Shown in pieces: positions 41,134 through 53,414 of a stretch of 64,000 bases of DNA. Below the pieces are notes generated by a model, which was not told where the DNA came from, ran no database searches, and saw nothing but the letters and a program-made list of their open reading frames with translations. The translations under genes were made by a program, and so were the position numbers. Position 1 is the first letter of the stretch, and every line of letters starts with the position of its first letter. Source of the DNA: Dimorphilus gyrociliatus (taxonomy: Eukaryota; Animalia; Annelida); contig CAJFCJ010000001.1 in the NCBI GenBank assembly GCA_904063045.1, forward strand, positions 930,001 through 994,000, written 5' to 3'.

Positions 41134-42428
41134 ATGTCAGCTTACGGAAAGAAGAAGCGTGCCGACGATAACTCACAAAATGAAGTAAATGAAGAGCATT
41201 TCGATGAAGATATGTCAAGTGATGATGATGATGGCGGCAATTCTAGTGACGACCAATTTGTAGGAACTGTAAGTTTTTTGTTACTGTTATTAATTTAACT
41301 TAAGTACAATTTAGCATGTAATCGTTCGATTCCAAATTGCGATTCATTGCGTAATTTTTATAGGAAATAAATGTCGACTTTGAGGGAAGAAATATAGAAG
41401 ACTCAGACTTCTCTGGAATTAGAAAGTTACTACAACAGGTTAGCTTTGTGATTTACAGGTGAATGATTTTTAACCGGTCACTCTTTTCGCAGCTGTTCCT
41501 GAAATCTTCGATAAATTTGACAGAGTTATCTGACCTGATAATTTCTCAAAACTATGTTGGTAGTGTTTTAAAAGTAAGTTTCCAAGAGCCACTTTTTAAT
41601 GTAATTGATATTATTATATCACTGATAAACAAAAACTTTCAGCAAGTAACAGACGATGGAGATGATGATGAAGAAGAAGATGAGTTAATGGATACCACTC
41701 AAAGTGATAATGATGTTTATGGTGTTCTTTCTGTTGTTAATTTGAAAGCTAAAGAGGTTTATTAGTTTTTTCTATTTCTAATAATATTCATACGAATTAA
41801 TTATAACTTTGATTACATCTTTTAAACAGAGTTTACAATGTATAAAGCAATTAAGAGGAATACTAGAGCTGGAAAAGCACGACTTCACAAAATCAATTAT
41901 TGATGAGGAAATCGCTTTTATTATAAATGAAAGATTTGTGAATATTCCGGTAGCCATTGCCCCGCCACTCTTCGCATCACTAAAGTAAAAATTATACATA
42001 ATTCAGTAAAAATAGTTGTAGAATTAATACAATAATTTTATAAATAGAAAGGAAATAGAAAAAGGAGCTAAGAAAAAAATGAGATATAACTTCAGTTATT
42101 ATTGTCTAATTTCTAAAGTGCTTAAAAACAAGAAAGCTCCGTTCGACGAGTTCTTTCTAAACGATGAAGAAGAAGTTTTTTCTAAAGTATGTAAATCTGA
42201 TTTGAAAGTAAAATATATAAATTTTTTTAATACTTTGATTTTTTTGTTGTTGCTTAGAATGCATCATTTTCCTTTACATGGAGTGTTGAAGGACAATCAG
42301 ACTCAGCCGCTGGAGGCCAATGGACAGATGAAGATGACGAGTATGAACCATTACGACGAGCTATTTTCTTAGATAGAAAGAGTTTTGATACTGTTCTTGA
42401 TGAAATAAATAAACAATTCTCTATGTAA
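41134..42428 (+). CDS. BCCIP: BRCA2 and CDKN1A-interacting protein (Bcp1/p21-C family), multi-exon
   Basis: Acidic N-terminus, EINVDFEGRNIEDSDFSGIRKLLQQ|LFLKSSINLTELSDLIISQNYVGSVLK, FIINERFVNIP, GGQWTDEDDEYEPLRR. Confidence 0.93.
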
Positions 42429-42672
42429 ATGACCTATTTTTTCAATTCTTTGATTACGATTGTAATTTTATCGATATTTAGAACTAATTATGGGAAACTA
42501 CTCAACATAATTTGAACATCATGTTTAAATAGACTGTTTTTTATGAAAAATTATAGGCTTAGAAGACACACAACGAAATGCACAATAACGTCATTCCTGA
42601 CCAAATTTCAAAAATCAAAAGTTGTAAAGGGTTTTTGACTCGGAATTTCGACTGGGAAACAATTCTGCGGCT

Positions 42673-43694
42673 ATGTCGGGATCCAATAGCGATATAAATC
42701 TCTTAAATGAGGCTCTAGCTGATCCCATGTTGCAAAAAAAGAAACGCTCTTCGTTTCTAATACATCTTTACTCCGTTTTGCAAAAGTCAAATGAATTATT
42801 AAAGGAGGAAAGAGCTTTTGAATGGGATGACGATAGCGATGGATTCTTTATATATGAGCGTCAGTTTACAGAATTGGTAAAACAGGGAAATTTTACAAGA
42901 TTAGTCCCTTCTGGGAATTTAACTAATTTGAAGAGACGCTTAAATTCCTTTGGATTTCACGTTGTTTATAAGTCTGTAAGTGCCAAGGGTCAACTAAAAC
43001 TTCTTGTTTTCTTCTCTCGTTTTCTAATTTATTATTGTTCATATGAAGATACAGTAGATTAACAGTACAGTGTTATTACTCAAACACAGCTAAAATCTAT
43101 TTATATCGATAGGTTACTGATAGGTCCTCATGCAGAAAGGAGGGACGAGTACGCTATGTAAATTCAAGATTTACTCGTAATAATGTCACCGAAGCTCTGG
43201 AATTTTGTAAAGAAATTGCTAAAGGGCAAACTAAACGAAAAGCAACGAGAAGTCGTTCTCCAATTTTGCAACCCGTTAAATCTGCTAAAAAAGAAAAGGA
43301 ACCTACAGCTAAGCCTGTAGAAATAGAAAACTTTACCGAAGAGAGTAACAATTCATTATATCAAGCTTCTTTTATGCAAATTTATAATACCTATTTGTCG
43401 TTAATGTTGGCAAATCCTGATCTTGTTGATGTACTAGCGTCTCATTTTCTAGGTGATTCATACAAAGAAAAATTGATGCCTAAATCTCCTGAGGTGGTGA
43501 ATACTTTTACTGAACAAAATCTATATCAAGAGTATGAAGATATTCTTAAATCAATGAAGACAATCTTTCCAGACCTGTCAATATCTCAAGAAATTTTGGA
43601 GAAGGGATTAGAATCGGAAATGGGTGGAACGGAGCCAGTAAAAACCGACTCTAGTCATCAAAGTGTTTTCCCAAATATGACCCCTCCACTTTAA
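42673..43694 (+). CDS. Divergent HSF-type DNA-binding-domain protein (~294 aa, intron 42976-43112)
   Basis: FLIHLYSVL...FEWDDDSDGFFI...NLTNLKRRLNSFGFHVV|...RYVNSRFTRN follows the HSF winged-helix pattern (FLxKL...W...F...SFVRQLNxYGFxKV...FxHxxFxR). The two ORF-track pieces splice in frame. Confidence 0.72.
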
Positions 43695-43900
43695 AAACAT
43701 TATTATTGAAAATTTAGAGTTATTTCGAATAGCCTTTTCGTAAGAACTTTCAAGATATATTGTCTCTAATCATATATTGAATTTATTGTAAAAAAAGAAA
43801 AAAAAGAAAGAATAATGATTAAATAATTATAATATAAATATCCAACATTAAATAAGATGATTATGCGAATTTCTTTAAAATGGGTGAAAAAAAAACAAGT

Positions 43901-44814
43901 TTACGATTCATCTATTAGATTTATACCAAGATATGGTGCAGTTTCACACCAATACTCTCTACTACTCGTTTCGGATAAATATACCATTTCACTTTCATCT
44001 GATTTCAATAATTCTTTATAGTAGCTACAATTTCTTCCTAAACTCTCAGAATAGGGAGGTGCAAGTATGTCTAAAAATGCTGCTGGACCATCCATTGCAC
44101 TTAGTGTATGAAAATTACCAGTCTTTTCTGTAAGATAGCAGCAATCTTTTTCATTTAAATGCTTTTCACCGTCAAACTTAACTTTTTTTATAACTTGATC
44201 TTTCCGTAAATGTGAACGGATTTCGAGTGGAAGCTCGTCCGCTGCGTTGTACTCTGGATCTCGAATGTTACTATATGATTTTATCGTAAGATTTCCATAT
44301 AAAACTATTGTTAGGTTAATAGTTAGTATTATCATTTCAAATACAGCTTTAATAATACATAAACTGTATAGCATAACATATGAAACATCTTTATGGAGCT
44401 CTTGGTAATTTTTCTTATATAGAATTTTGGAGAGAGAGTTACTCAATATTCAAATATTTATAACATAGCTTAGATACTTTGATAGATAATATCCAACTAT
44501 TAACCTTTCAGTATTCCCGTCATATGAGGATGATCGTGAAGAGGCATACGAGTCCCATTCTTCAACACAAATATGCACATTGTAAAAAATTGATTTTCAA
44601 ACATATGAATATAATAAACAGGAGCTCTTAGGTGGTTAAATACATATCTTTCCTTGTTCATTATTAATTTTTCGTCAAAGTTAACATGGTGAGGCTTTAA
44701 CTGCCTTACTAAACTTAGCAATTGTTCAATCTCAACATGATAGTCGGCATTTGGCATAGTCTTGCAAAAAGTTTGTCGACATTGTTGGAAAATTTGCCGC
44801 AAGAGAGCTGTCAT
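43901..44814 (-). CDS. ADO: 2-aminoethanethiol (cysteamine) dioxygenase / N-terminal cysteine oxidase (PCO_ADO), 2 exons
   Basis: MPLHDHPHMTGILK|VLYG, GNFHTL, AAFLDILAPPY. Cupin HxH iron ligands are present. Confidence 0.93.
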
Positions 44815-45259
44815 AATAATAACGCTTTCGATTGTGAAACGCTGTTATTCACGATAAACTTCTTTTTTTTATTAGTTCAGTGACCGGTGGAACGAGACTA
44901 CCTAAACAACGCGAGGAGCGCGTTCAATTCCAGCAAATATACAAAAATAACAAAAACGAGCGGCTTAGCTTAGAAAAATAATAAAGTTAACACTAATTCC
45001 TAATATTGTTTAAAACAGAATGCTTAGATTTATTTAAAATTCAGATAATATGTCAATTCATGACTATTCTGAGTAAATAGTACCACAGTTTGGTTTAATA
45101 TTCCAAAATTATATACCAGAGTAATTGTCTAAGGAAAAGGACTTTAACGTAAAAATAATACTATAACTACTATTATTAATATTAACATTATTATCAATAT
45201 AACAGCCGCAACTTTATTTAGTTTTAATGCACAGAAGAATCACCAATATCACAGGTTTC

Positions 45260-46635
45260 TTATTTCTCAAAAAAACTGTCTTCAGTTTCAGTAGTTTCAC
45301 TTTTAGGAATAACAGAATTGTAATGTTGACCCAAACGATACATATGCTGGTGATAACTGAAGAAAAGTAGCTCTTTTTAATATTTTGTCTTAGTTAAACT
45401 TTATAGTATCACTTACGACAGTATTATTCTGCGATTGTTGTCAAATTGATCACCGAACACTAGGGATGGACCATCTGCTTGAACTATTTCTATAGGCGAT
45501 TTAAGAGTAACAGCTAAGGCTCTGATCTATGTTAAAAAGTTATTTGAATGATATTTCTATTTTAATTGAATTCAAATTTCCAAACCTCTTCCTGACCTCC
45601 CCAAGAAGGTTTGGTTTCCATGTTCTTCAAGTAGGATTTAAACTCATCTGGAAAAGTTTACATTAAATCTACTAATGAATAGCTTATATGATATATTTAT
45701 ATACTTTGTGACATTAGATCACCATTATCATTTAGCATATAAGGCATAAAGTCTTCAGCTCTTTCAGCCATGTGAGAAGTGGCCAGCTTTCTCAATTCAT
45801 CAACACTGTAGTTTTCGTCTCGGCGCTTCATTTGATCGGCAATAGCAGCGAAGAGACTGAATATAATTTGTTGTTAATAACAGAAAGTGCAATATGATAT
45901 ATAATTAAAACAGACCAGTTGCCGTCGGCTGGTATATCAAATATGTGCAAATTTCTCAATTTAAGCATTTCCTCCAACACCTTATTTTCCTGAGCTCGTG
46001 GAGTTATTTGTTCTGAGTTTTCAAGCTCTTCCATTTCTTTCATTCGAGCTTTCTTTTCATTCTGTTTCTTCTCCTGTTAAGTATATAATGATGCTCTGAT
46101 TTTTTAAGAAAAACTTAAAAATTTACCCGCCGTCGCTGAGCCCGACTAGGCTTTTGAGCTGCTTTCTGAGTGATTACTGACTCGGTTTGAACATGGTCAG
46201 ACTGTAATTGAACAGCGTTGAATTGAATTGTATATATTACTTAAGAGCAATTTAAATTAAATTTAGCTTTTGGATAAAAGGAATCACTATACCTTTGGTT
46301 CTTGAGGAGTATTTGTTTTCTCTCGTAGCATCAAATCTTCCAGTTCCTTTTTATGTGTTTCTTTGAGTTCTTCTTCCTTCTTGGCTGATTCTTCATTTAC
46401 CTGCTTTTTTCTCTTCTTATCATTTGCTGGTACTTGTTTTTTGGTTTGTCTAATAGACGCTATGAACGATAATATGGGATAAAGCAAACATTTGTAGATA
46501 TATAGTTTCTGAAGCAACGTTATCATTACCTTGGAGCTCTTTCAATTCTTTCTTATGTCTTTCCTTCAGTTTCTCTACATCTGAGAGCTCTGAAGAATTT
46601 GAGTCAGAGTTATTTGAATCAACTTTTTCATCCAT
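45260..46635 (-). CDS. OTUD6B: OTU deubiquitinase 6B, multi-exon
   Basis: RHKKELKELQ, VPANDKKRKKQ, IPADGNC|LFAAIADQ (catalytic Cys codon split by an intron), YHQHMYRLGQHYNSV (His box). Confidence 0.93.
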
Positions 46636-47191
46636 CAAACTTGGAAGAGGACCGAAACCGGTTATGTTATAACTAAAATATGCGCGGAAAGAGGAGGTAC
46701 TAAAATCAATTACTATCTGCTTTTGAAGTCAATTCCACATGTGAGGTATTAAAGTGATTTATCCTAATAAATCGCTTTTTAAACGCTAAAGTAAAGTTAA
46801 AAAATAAAAAAAGGTTGGCCTAATGAAGTTCAGTTTTATCGAGGCAGGCAAGCTATTTCTGCAAGGAATTAGGCGAATTTTTATTTTTAGAGTAAACTAC
46901 CAATAACAAAATGTTTGTTGTATTTAGGTCATTTGAAATTGTTCTATACATAGCAAAGATAGAATAAAATATCAAATAGGTAATTAATGTCCATGAATAA
47001 TTTATAAAATATGAAAATATAAAAGAAATTTAAATATTTTAAAAATTGTCTAAAACTTAATGCTAAGATAGTAAATTGCACAGAAAATATTTCAGAATAC
47101 CTTTATTCTTTGAAAAAATTCAAAAATATAAGAAACAAAGAGATTTTCTAGACTCATCAATCATTTAGAAAAAGAAAACAACACTATTTCA

Positions 47192-50100
47192 CTATTTCAA
47201 AGCATTTTTTCCTGCATTTTGTGCATTTTTACGAAGATTGTTCAAAAAATCATGTAAGCCTTCTAGCTCTTTCTTCTCATTTTGAGACAGAGCCGATTTC
47301 TTTTCCTCATGCGAATTAGTTTCATTATCGTATTTATCATACTTTTTTGATGACTGATATGACTTTCCTTGCTTGTAGCGACTTTGTTCATCTTTTTCCG
47401 GAGTCTCAGACATTGAGCTAAAAAGAATAAAAGTCACATTCTTTTATTTGCAAAATATTAAATTTAAAGCTTTTTACTACCTGGATTTTATGTGATGTGG
47501 AGAAAAATAACCTTTATCCTTCTTTCTATATTCTCTACTGGAATTGTTGCTATATCTGCTACTTCCTTTCACTGAGGATCGTCGTCCCGAGTTTGAACTA
47601 TGATAACTTTGTGGCGAATATGATCTGGATCTCGATCTTCTGTGAGACTTGGACGATTTATGACTTTTAGATGATTTCGTTCGACTCCGTTTGTGGCTCC
47701 TTTCAGACGATATTGAAGAACGTTCGGATGAATTTCTAGCTCGTTTAATTTCGGAATAAGATTTAAGATTTGCGCCATCGCTGTAGCGTTTGGAATAGCT
47801 TGTTGAAGAATCATCTAAGGAATTATCAATATTTTAGGAATGATATAAAGGCATTCAGAAAAATATCTTACTAAGAGATTTATTCAAGTCCTCATTTTTC
47901 CTATCAGATTTACTCTGCTTCATGGTTGGATGTCTATCATCATGTGTTCGAGATCTTTTCGAACTTGATTTTCCTTCATGTTCATCTCCGCTTTCATTAG
48001 ATATTCTATGACTCGACGATTTGAAATTTTCCCGATTACTTGACGAACGTCTTCTTTTAGGTGTGGATTCAGAAGAAGATTCAGAACTTGAATCGCTAAA
48101 ACAAATTCTGTCATATTTATGTCATAGAACAAATTACTGTTTTACTTACGATCCCTTTTGCAATTTTTTATCTTGAGAAATTAACTGTCTTATTCTATCA
48201 TCTATATTCCCTTGGTTCTTAAATTTCTTGTGAGCTGCTTTTATTTGCTCTTCCCTTTGAGCCTAAAACGAAGATATTATCTGTAAGCTATTATATATCT
48301 CAAAGGATTGATCAAAATTTACGCTATGCTCCTTATTTTTCTTTTTTCTGGCTAGGGTCTCTGGCGAATGTTCGCGAATGAGATTATTCATCATTCTTCT
48401 AGCTTCACCGCAATAGGGATCAATATTTAATGTCTCATTGAGAATTTCTTTCGCATTTTGTCTTTTATTTTTCTTAATAAGACTGAAAAAATTGTTTATA
48501 ACATATAAAATTTAATTGTATTTATTTCAATAACTTAAATATACCTGTACGCATAGTCTAATTGGGTTTCAACAAGGTATTTCTTTGCATTTTTATGGTT
48601 AGGGCTAAATTTTAGAGCTTTTTCAAGATCTTCAATAGCTTTTATATAATTTTCATTATTGGCAAACCTATGAATTATTCATAATAAATATCATTCATGA
48701 TAAAAATATTTTAAATAAACTTACAAAGCTCCGCGAGCTACAAACGCATCAGCATTCTCAGGATCAATCTGCAGGGCTTTATTAAAGTGTTGTAGGGCTT
48801 CGGTGATATTTTTTGCATGGAAATCATCAATTCCCCTTGCAACACTTAAAAATAAACATAAACTTATAAGTATCTCTAAACATACATTTCTATAGAAGCT
48901 TAATTTACCTAATAGACGCAAATTTTCTAGATTGTACCTGTCGTAAATATTCTCCAGTATCTTCATTTTTTACAGTTTTTCTTTCACATAATTAAACAGA
49001 GATGAAATGAGGTGATTTTTATAAATACTAAATATATACTTGTGAAATTGATTTAAGAAAGAGTAGCAAGTTTTAAATTCTATTCCTAAAGCATCAGTTA
49101 GAAGTTGAGTTGATGTAATATTACTAAAGCCTGGATCGTTCTTAATCTGAATATTAAATATTGTTGCATTCGTAATTTAATAATAAAATATCTTTATATT
49201 TCTATTTTACAAACCTGATCAACAAAATTTCCTTTTTTAGGTTCTAGTAATCTTTTAAAATGAACTGGAAGATCTTCATGCGTAATATTCCCCTAAAAAC
49301 ATTCGGATTCATAAATCTACTACAATGATAATTAATAGAATAGTCATTTACCAGAAATAAATCTGAATGTTCTTCTTTCAGCTGCTTGGAATTCATTGAG
49401 AGAGTTATTTTATCATCTACAACGCTTATGATGACGGCTGGTGGGAAAAAAAATAGACTTTAGAATGAAAAAGATACGACAATAAAAAAATTTTCTAATT
49501 TCTGTATACCTCTTACAGTATCTTTTAAGGAGAATTGGCTAAGTGGATTGTCATGAGCTCCCATTCGGGGCAACTCCCGTATGGGGCAAAGTGCCTAATT
49601 GAAATTGTTATGTTCACTTTACTGTAATTAATAAATAACATCTGTAATACCTACATTAATTCGAATATGGGTTAAATCTCGGACAGGTCCTCTTTGAGTG
49701 CATAATATTGATACTGAAAGTCCTGTATCTTGTACCATATTCACTACTCCGCATATTACATCTCCTTTTTCCAGACTCTAAATAAAAAATAATTTTACAA
49801 AACAACAGAGTAGAATTCAAAGAAGATTCACCCAAAGTAAATGTTGTTTTCGATCTTCCGAAGGGACGTCCATGAAATTTTCAATAGGTGGCATTATTGA
49901 GTATTTGTCAGTCTCTTTATCGTCATCAATTAATGTATCATAACTGATTGAAAATTTAGATTTATTTTCAAACAAGATTTGCGCTTTTTGAGCAATAAAG
50001 TCCTCAATAGTTTCTTCAAATTCCTCATCGCTAATTATAAAAGTTAAACTCATAATTTACATTCACATTAATAGTGACTTTTTACCTAGTATGTAATTTT

Positions 50101-50231
50101 GTTCCTTCACCCTGAAGTGATTGAATATTAAAGTGTGATGGAAACAATTTCGGGTGTTTTGTTGTTATTCGGTTTATCAGACTTGAGCCATGATACCGAA
50201 TTGATCGGTCCACTAAACTTTTGTCAACCAT
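47192..50231 (-). CDS. TTC14: Tetratricopeptide repeat protein 14 (S1 domain, TPR, charged/RS-like tail), multi-exon
   Basis: MVDKSLVDRSIRYHGSSL, DKYSIMPPIENFMDVPSEDRK, ALQHFNKALQIDPENADAFVARGAL. 3' exons are low-complexity and their boundaries are approximate. Confidence 0.85.
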
Positions 50232-50607
50232 TTTATCATTATTCTTTTTTATCTTGTACGTATTAGCATATAATGCTTCGAAATTTGTATTAGTTTCCTT
50301 TGAACTTCTGAATATTTTGCACAAACTATAATCCTTATACCACTCAGAAATAAATCACAAACTTTACAGTGTTGTATACATAGAAAAAAACAAACACTAA
50401 CGGAAACGGAAATGGGGCAGTACAGATATGTCTAAGAAGCACGATGTTTAAGAACCGCGGGGCAATAAACAAATGATCTTTTAATTTATCTAATAACGAT
50501 AAGGGTTAATAAGACAGGAAATACTATAGTTAAAAATCCGAAAATAACTTGTACATTTTGTGCTTGCGACTCCGACTAAGTTTAAGGTATATCTCAATCA
50601 GCTAAAC

Positions 50608-50619
50608 TACGCATGCGCA
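50608..50619. promoter_or_regulatory. NRF1-like site TACGCATGCGCA in the divergent TTC14/DNAJC10 promoter
   Basis: 11/12 match to TGCGCATGCGCA, about 200 bp upstream of the DNAJC10 ATG. Function is inferred. Confidence 0.4.
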
Positions 50620-50816
50620 ATACACTTTCTGAAAAAAGCAGCCAAACAACATAAGACACGCCGAATATTTGAAATCGAGGTTGGATACAATCATACACAA
50701 GGTATTTTTGATTTGGTAGCAACGAATTAAATATCTTCCTGTATATAATAATTACTTATTGTTCATCGTATCTAATCTACTTACTTAGCTTAAATTCGTA
50801 ACAGCGTGGAACTAGT

Positions 50817-53141
50817 ATGCAATTATTCAGTTTTACTATTCGTTTAAGCGTTGCTTTACTATTTTGTTCATTCGAATTGAGTATATGTGGTAGGGATTTC
50901 TATGAGATTTTGGAAATTGAAAGATCTGCAACCACAAGAGATATAAGAAGAGCTTATAAAAAAATTGCTCTTGTGAAACATCCAGACAAGAATCAAGACA
51001 ATCCCAATGCTCACACGGAATTTGTAGAAATTACTAGAGCTTATGAAGTTTTAAAAGATTCAGATTTGCGAAGAAAATATGATACTTACGGTGAAAAAGC
51101 TCTAGAAGATGAACAAACAGGAGGCCGACAATACGAGTCTTGGCAATATTATAACACCGAGTTTGGAATATATGATGAAGATCAAGAAGTGGTAACCTTG
51201 TCATCGCAAGATTTTGAAGAACTTGTTGATTCAACCGACGACGTCTGGTTTGTTAATTTTTACAGTCCCCGATGCTCTCATTGCCACGATTTGGCTCCAG
51301 CTTGGCGAGCAATTGCCAGGGAACTAGATGGAGTTATTCGCATTGGAGCAGTAAATTGTGGTGAAGAGTGGCATCTATGTAGAAGGCAGGGTATTCATGG
51401 TTACCCATCTCTAGTTGTTTACCCAAATCGAGAAGAATTTAGTGGGCCTCGAAATGAAGACACAATTTTAAAATTTGCTCTGAAATTTGCCAACTATCAA
51501 GTTCACGATCTTCAGGCTCTGTCCGAAAATGCTTTACACAGTTCTTCCTGGCTAATAACTTTCTGCTCCTTAGATGGAGACTGCTTGTCAAAAAACACTA
51601 GAACAAAAGTTGCGGCTATGCTCAAGGGTATTGCCAAGGTAGCTTACATAGATTGTGATAGAAATTCTAAATTATGTTCTTCTTATAACATGGAACATGG
51701 TACTTTATTTTTCAAACACTCCATCCAAAAAGGAAATGGTTTAGCAGTAGAATCGCTTGAAGCAAGGGATGTCGTAAATTTTGTTTTGAATAAAGTAGAC
51801 GGACTGCAATTGATAGAAGATAGTAGTGTTGCGGACGTAAAAAAGAATCGAAGAAATTGGTTACTCTACTTGACACCTGATAGCTCTGAAGATGTACAAT
51901 GGCGAAAGCTTCCTCCATTGGTTGATGCCTATGGTATTCAAGTAGGTCGTGTTATATGCTCAGAGAACTCTCTATGCAAAGACCTCCATATTTTCAAGAC
52001 TCCTTCCTTCGTTCTATTTAAACATAATGGAGGTCATGAAATTCATTTCGGTCGACAAACACCTCAAGATGTAGCTACGTGGACGAAGGCAGCTAGTGAA
52101 AGTCCCTTAATAGTATTAAGCCCTGAACAATTTCAGAATAAAGTCAGGAAAACCAACAAACCTTGGCTAGTGGATTTTTATGCACCATGGTGCCCTCCTT
52201 GCATGAGACTTTTACCCAAGCTTCGTCAAGCTGCTAGTGTAGTAGCCTCAGATAAAGTGAGAGTAGGAACAATCGACTGCACTGTTCATCAGCAACTGTG
52301 TAGAGATTATAATATTCGGAGCTACCCAACGACAATTTTGTACAACGACAGTGTACCTCATGACTTCAACGAACACGATTCAGTTAGTGAAATAGTAGAA
52401 TCAGTAAGAGATATCCTTCGCCCTCCTGTACAAACATTAAATTCAAATTCCTGGAAGAATGTCATTGATCGTAAAGATAGAGGATGGATAATTGATTTTC
52501 ACGCTCCATGGTGTGGTCCATGTCGTCAATTTGCACCTGAATTTAGACGATTAGCGAAGATTCTTCAAGATGATGATAATATTATGATTGCTCAAGTTGA
52601 TTGTGAATCTGATAAACAAATGTGCAGAGACAATGATGTTCGCTCTTATCCAACGATTCGGTTTTATCCACCCAAATCATCGCCCTATACGCATATAGAT
52701 TATTCTGGATGGCATAGAGATGCTCAAAATATTCGTCAGTGGATTTATTCTTATTTACCATCGGAAGCTGTGGACTTGAGAAATGATAATTTTATTGAAG
52801 ATGTTTTAAAATCTGAAACTCCTTGGCTTGTTGACTTTTACGCTCCTTGGTGTGGTCATTGTCATCAATTTGCCCCTGACTTTGAATTAATAGCTAGAAA
52901 GTTAAAAAAGAAGAATGTAAAAAGCGGAAAAGTGGATTGTGAAAGTTATGGTAGACTATGTGAGAATGTAGGTGTAAGAGCTTTTCCTACAGTTGTGCTT
53001 TGGACCGGCAAAAGGCCACATCAGAAGAAGCAAAGCTTTCAAGATGCCGTGGAATTGAAGAGTCTCAATGTGCAAGCAGTTATTGATTTCGTTGAGAGAT
53101 TGTTACCAGCTAAAACCACTCATATACACGATGATCTCTGA
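50817..53141 (+). CDS. DNAJC10: ERdj5 ER disulfide reductase/co-chaperone, single exon, 774 aa
   Basis: Signal peptide, J domain with HPD, four thioredoxin motifs (CSHC, CPPC, CGPC, CGHC), and C-terminal HDDL retention signal. Confidence 0.97.
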   Translation: MQLFSFTIRLSVALLFCSFELSICGRDFYEILEIERSATTRDIRRAYKKIALVKHPDKNQDNPNAHTEFVEITRAYEVLKDSDLRRKYDTYGEKALEDEQTGGRQYESWQYYNTEFGIYDEDQEVVTLSSQDFEELVDSTDDVWFVNFYSPRCSHCHDLAPAWRAIARELDGVIRIGAVNCGEEWHLCRRQGIHGYPSLVVYPNREEFSGPRNEDTILKFALKFANYQVHDLQALSENALHSSSWLITFCSLDGDCLSKNTRTKVAAMLKGIAKVAYIDCDRNSKLCSSYNMEHGTLFFKHSIQKGNGLAVESLEARDVVNFVLNKVDGLQLIEDSSVADVKKNRRNWLLYLTPDSSEDVQWRKLPPLVDAYGIQVGRVICSENSLCKDLHIFKTPSFVLFKHNGGHEIHFGRQTPQDVATWTKAASESPLIVLSPEQFQNKVRKTNKPWLVDFYAPWCPPCMRLLPKLRQAASVVASDKVRVGTIDCTVHQQLCRDYNIRSYPTTILYNDSVPHDFNEHDSVSEIVESVRDILRPPVQTLNSNSWKNVIDRKDRGWIIDFHAPWCGPCRQFAPEFRRLAKILQDDDNIMIAQVDCESDKQMCRDNDVRSYPTIRFYPPKSSPYTHIDYSGWHRDAQNIRQWIYSYLPSEAVDLRNDNFIEDVLKSETPWLVDFYAPWCGHCHQFAPDFELIARKLKKKNVKSGKVDCESYGRLCENVGVRAFPTVVLWTGKRPHQKKQSFQDAVELKSLNVQAVIDFVERLLPAKTTHIHDDL

Positions 53142-53414
53142 GAACAGCGCTATTGAACAACGAATTTCTTTTTTTAGCTTTTTTTTTGTTCTCGACAGAT
53201 CTGTGATACTTTGCGTATCAATACCAATTTAATGTATCTCAATCAATTTAGTGTCCATAATGGTATTTTCCTTCAAAGAAAACCAATAAAATTTGATCTT
53301 CCTAGAAAATTATTTAAATTTAAGTGTTGCTTTTATAATTGTTTTTATTAAACATATTTTATTGTCAGTGATACGTACAACTAAATACTTCTATATTCCA
53401 GATTAAAATTCGCA

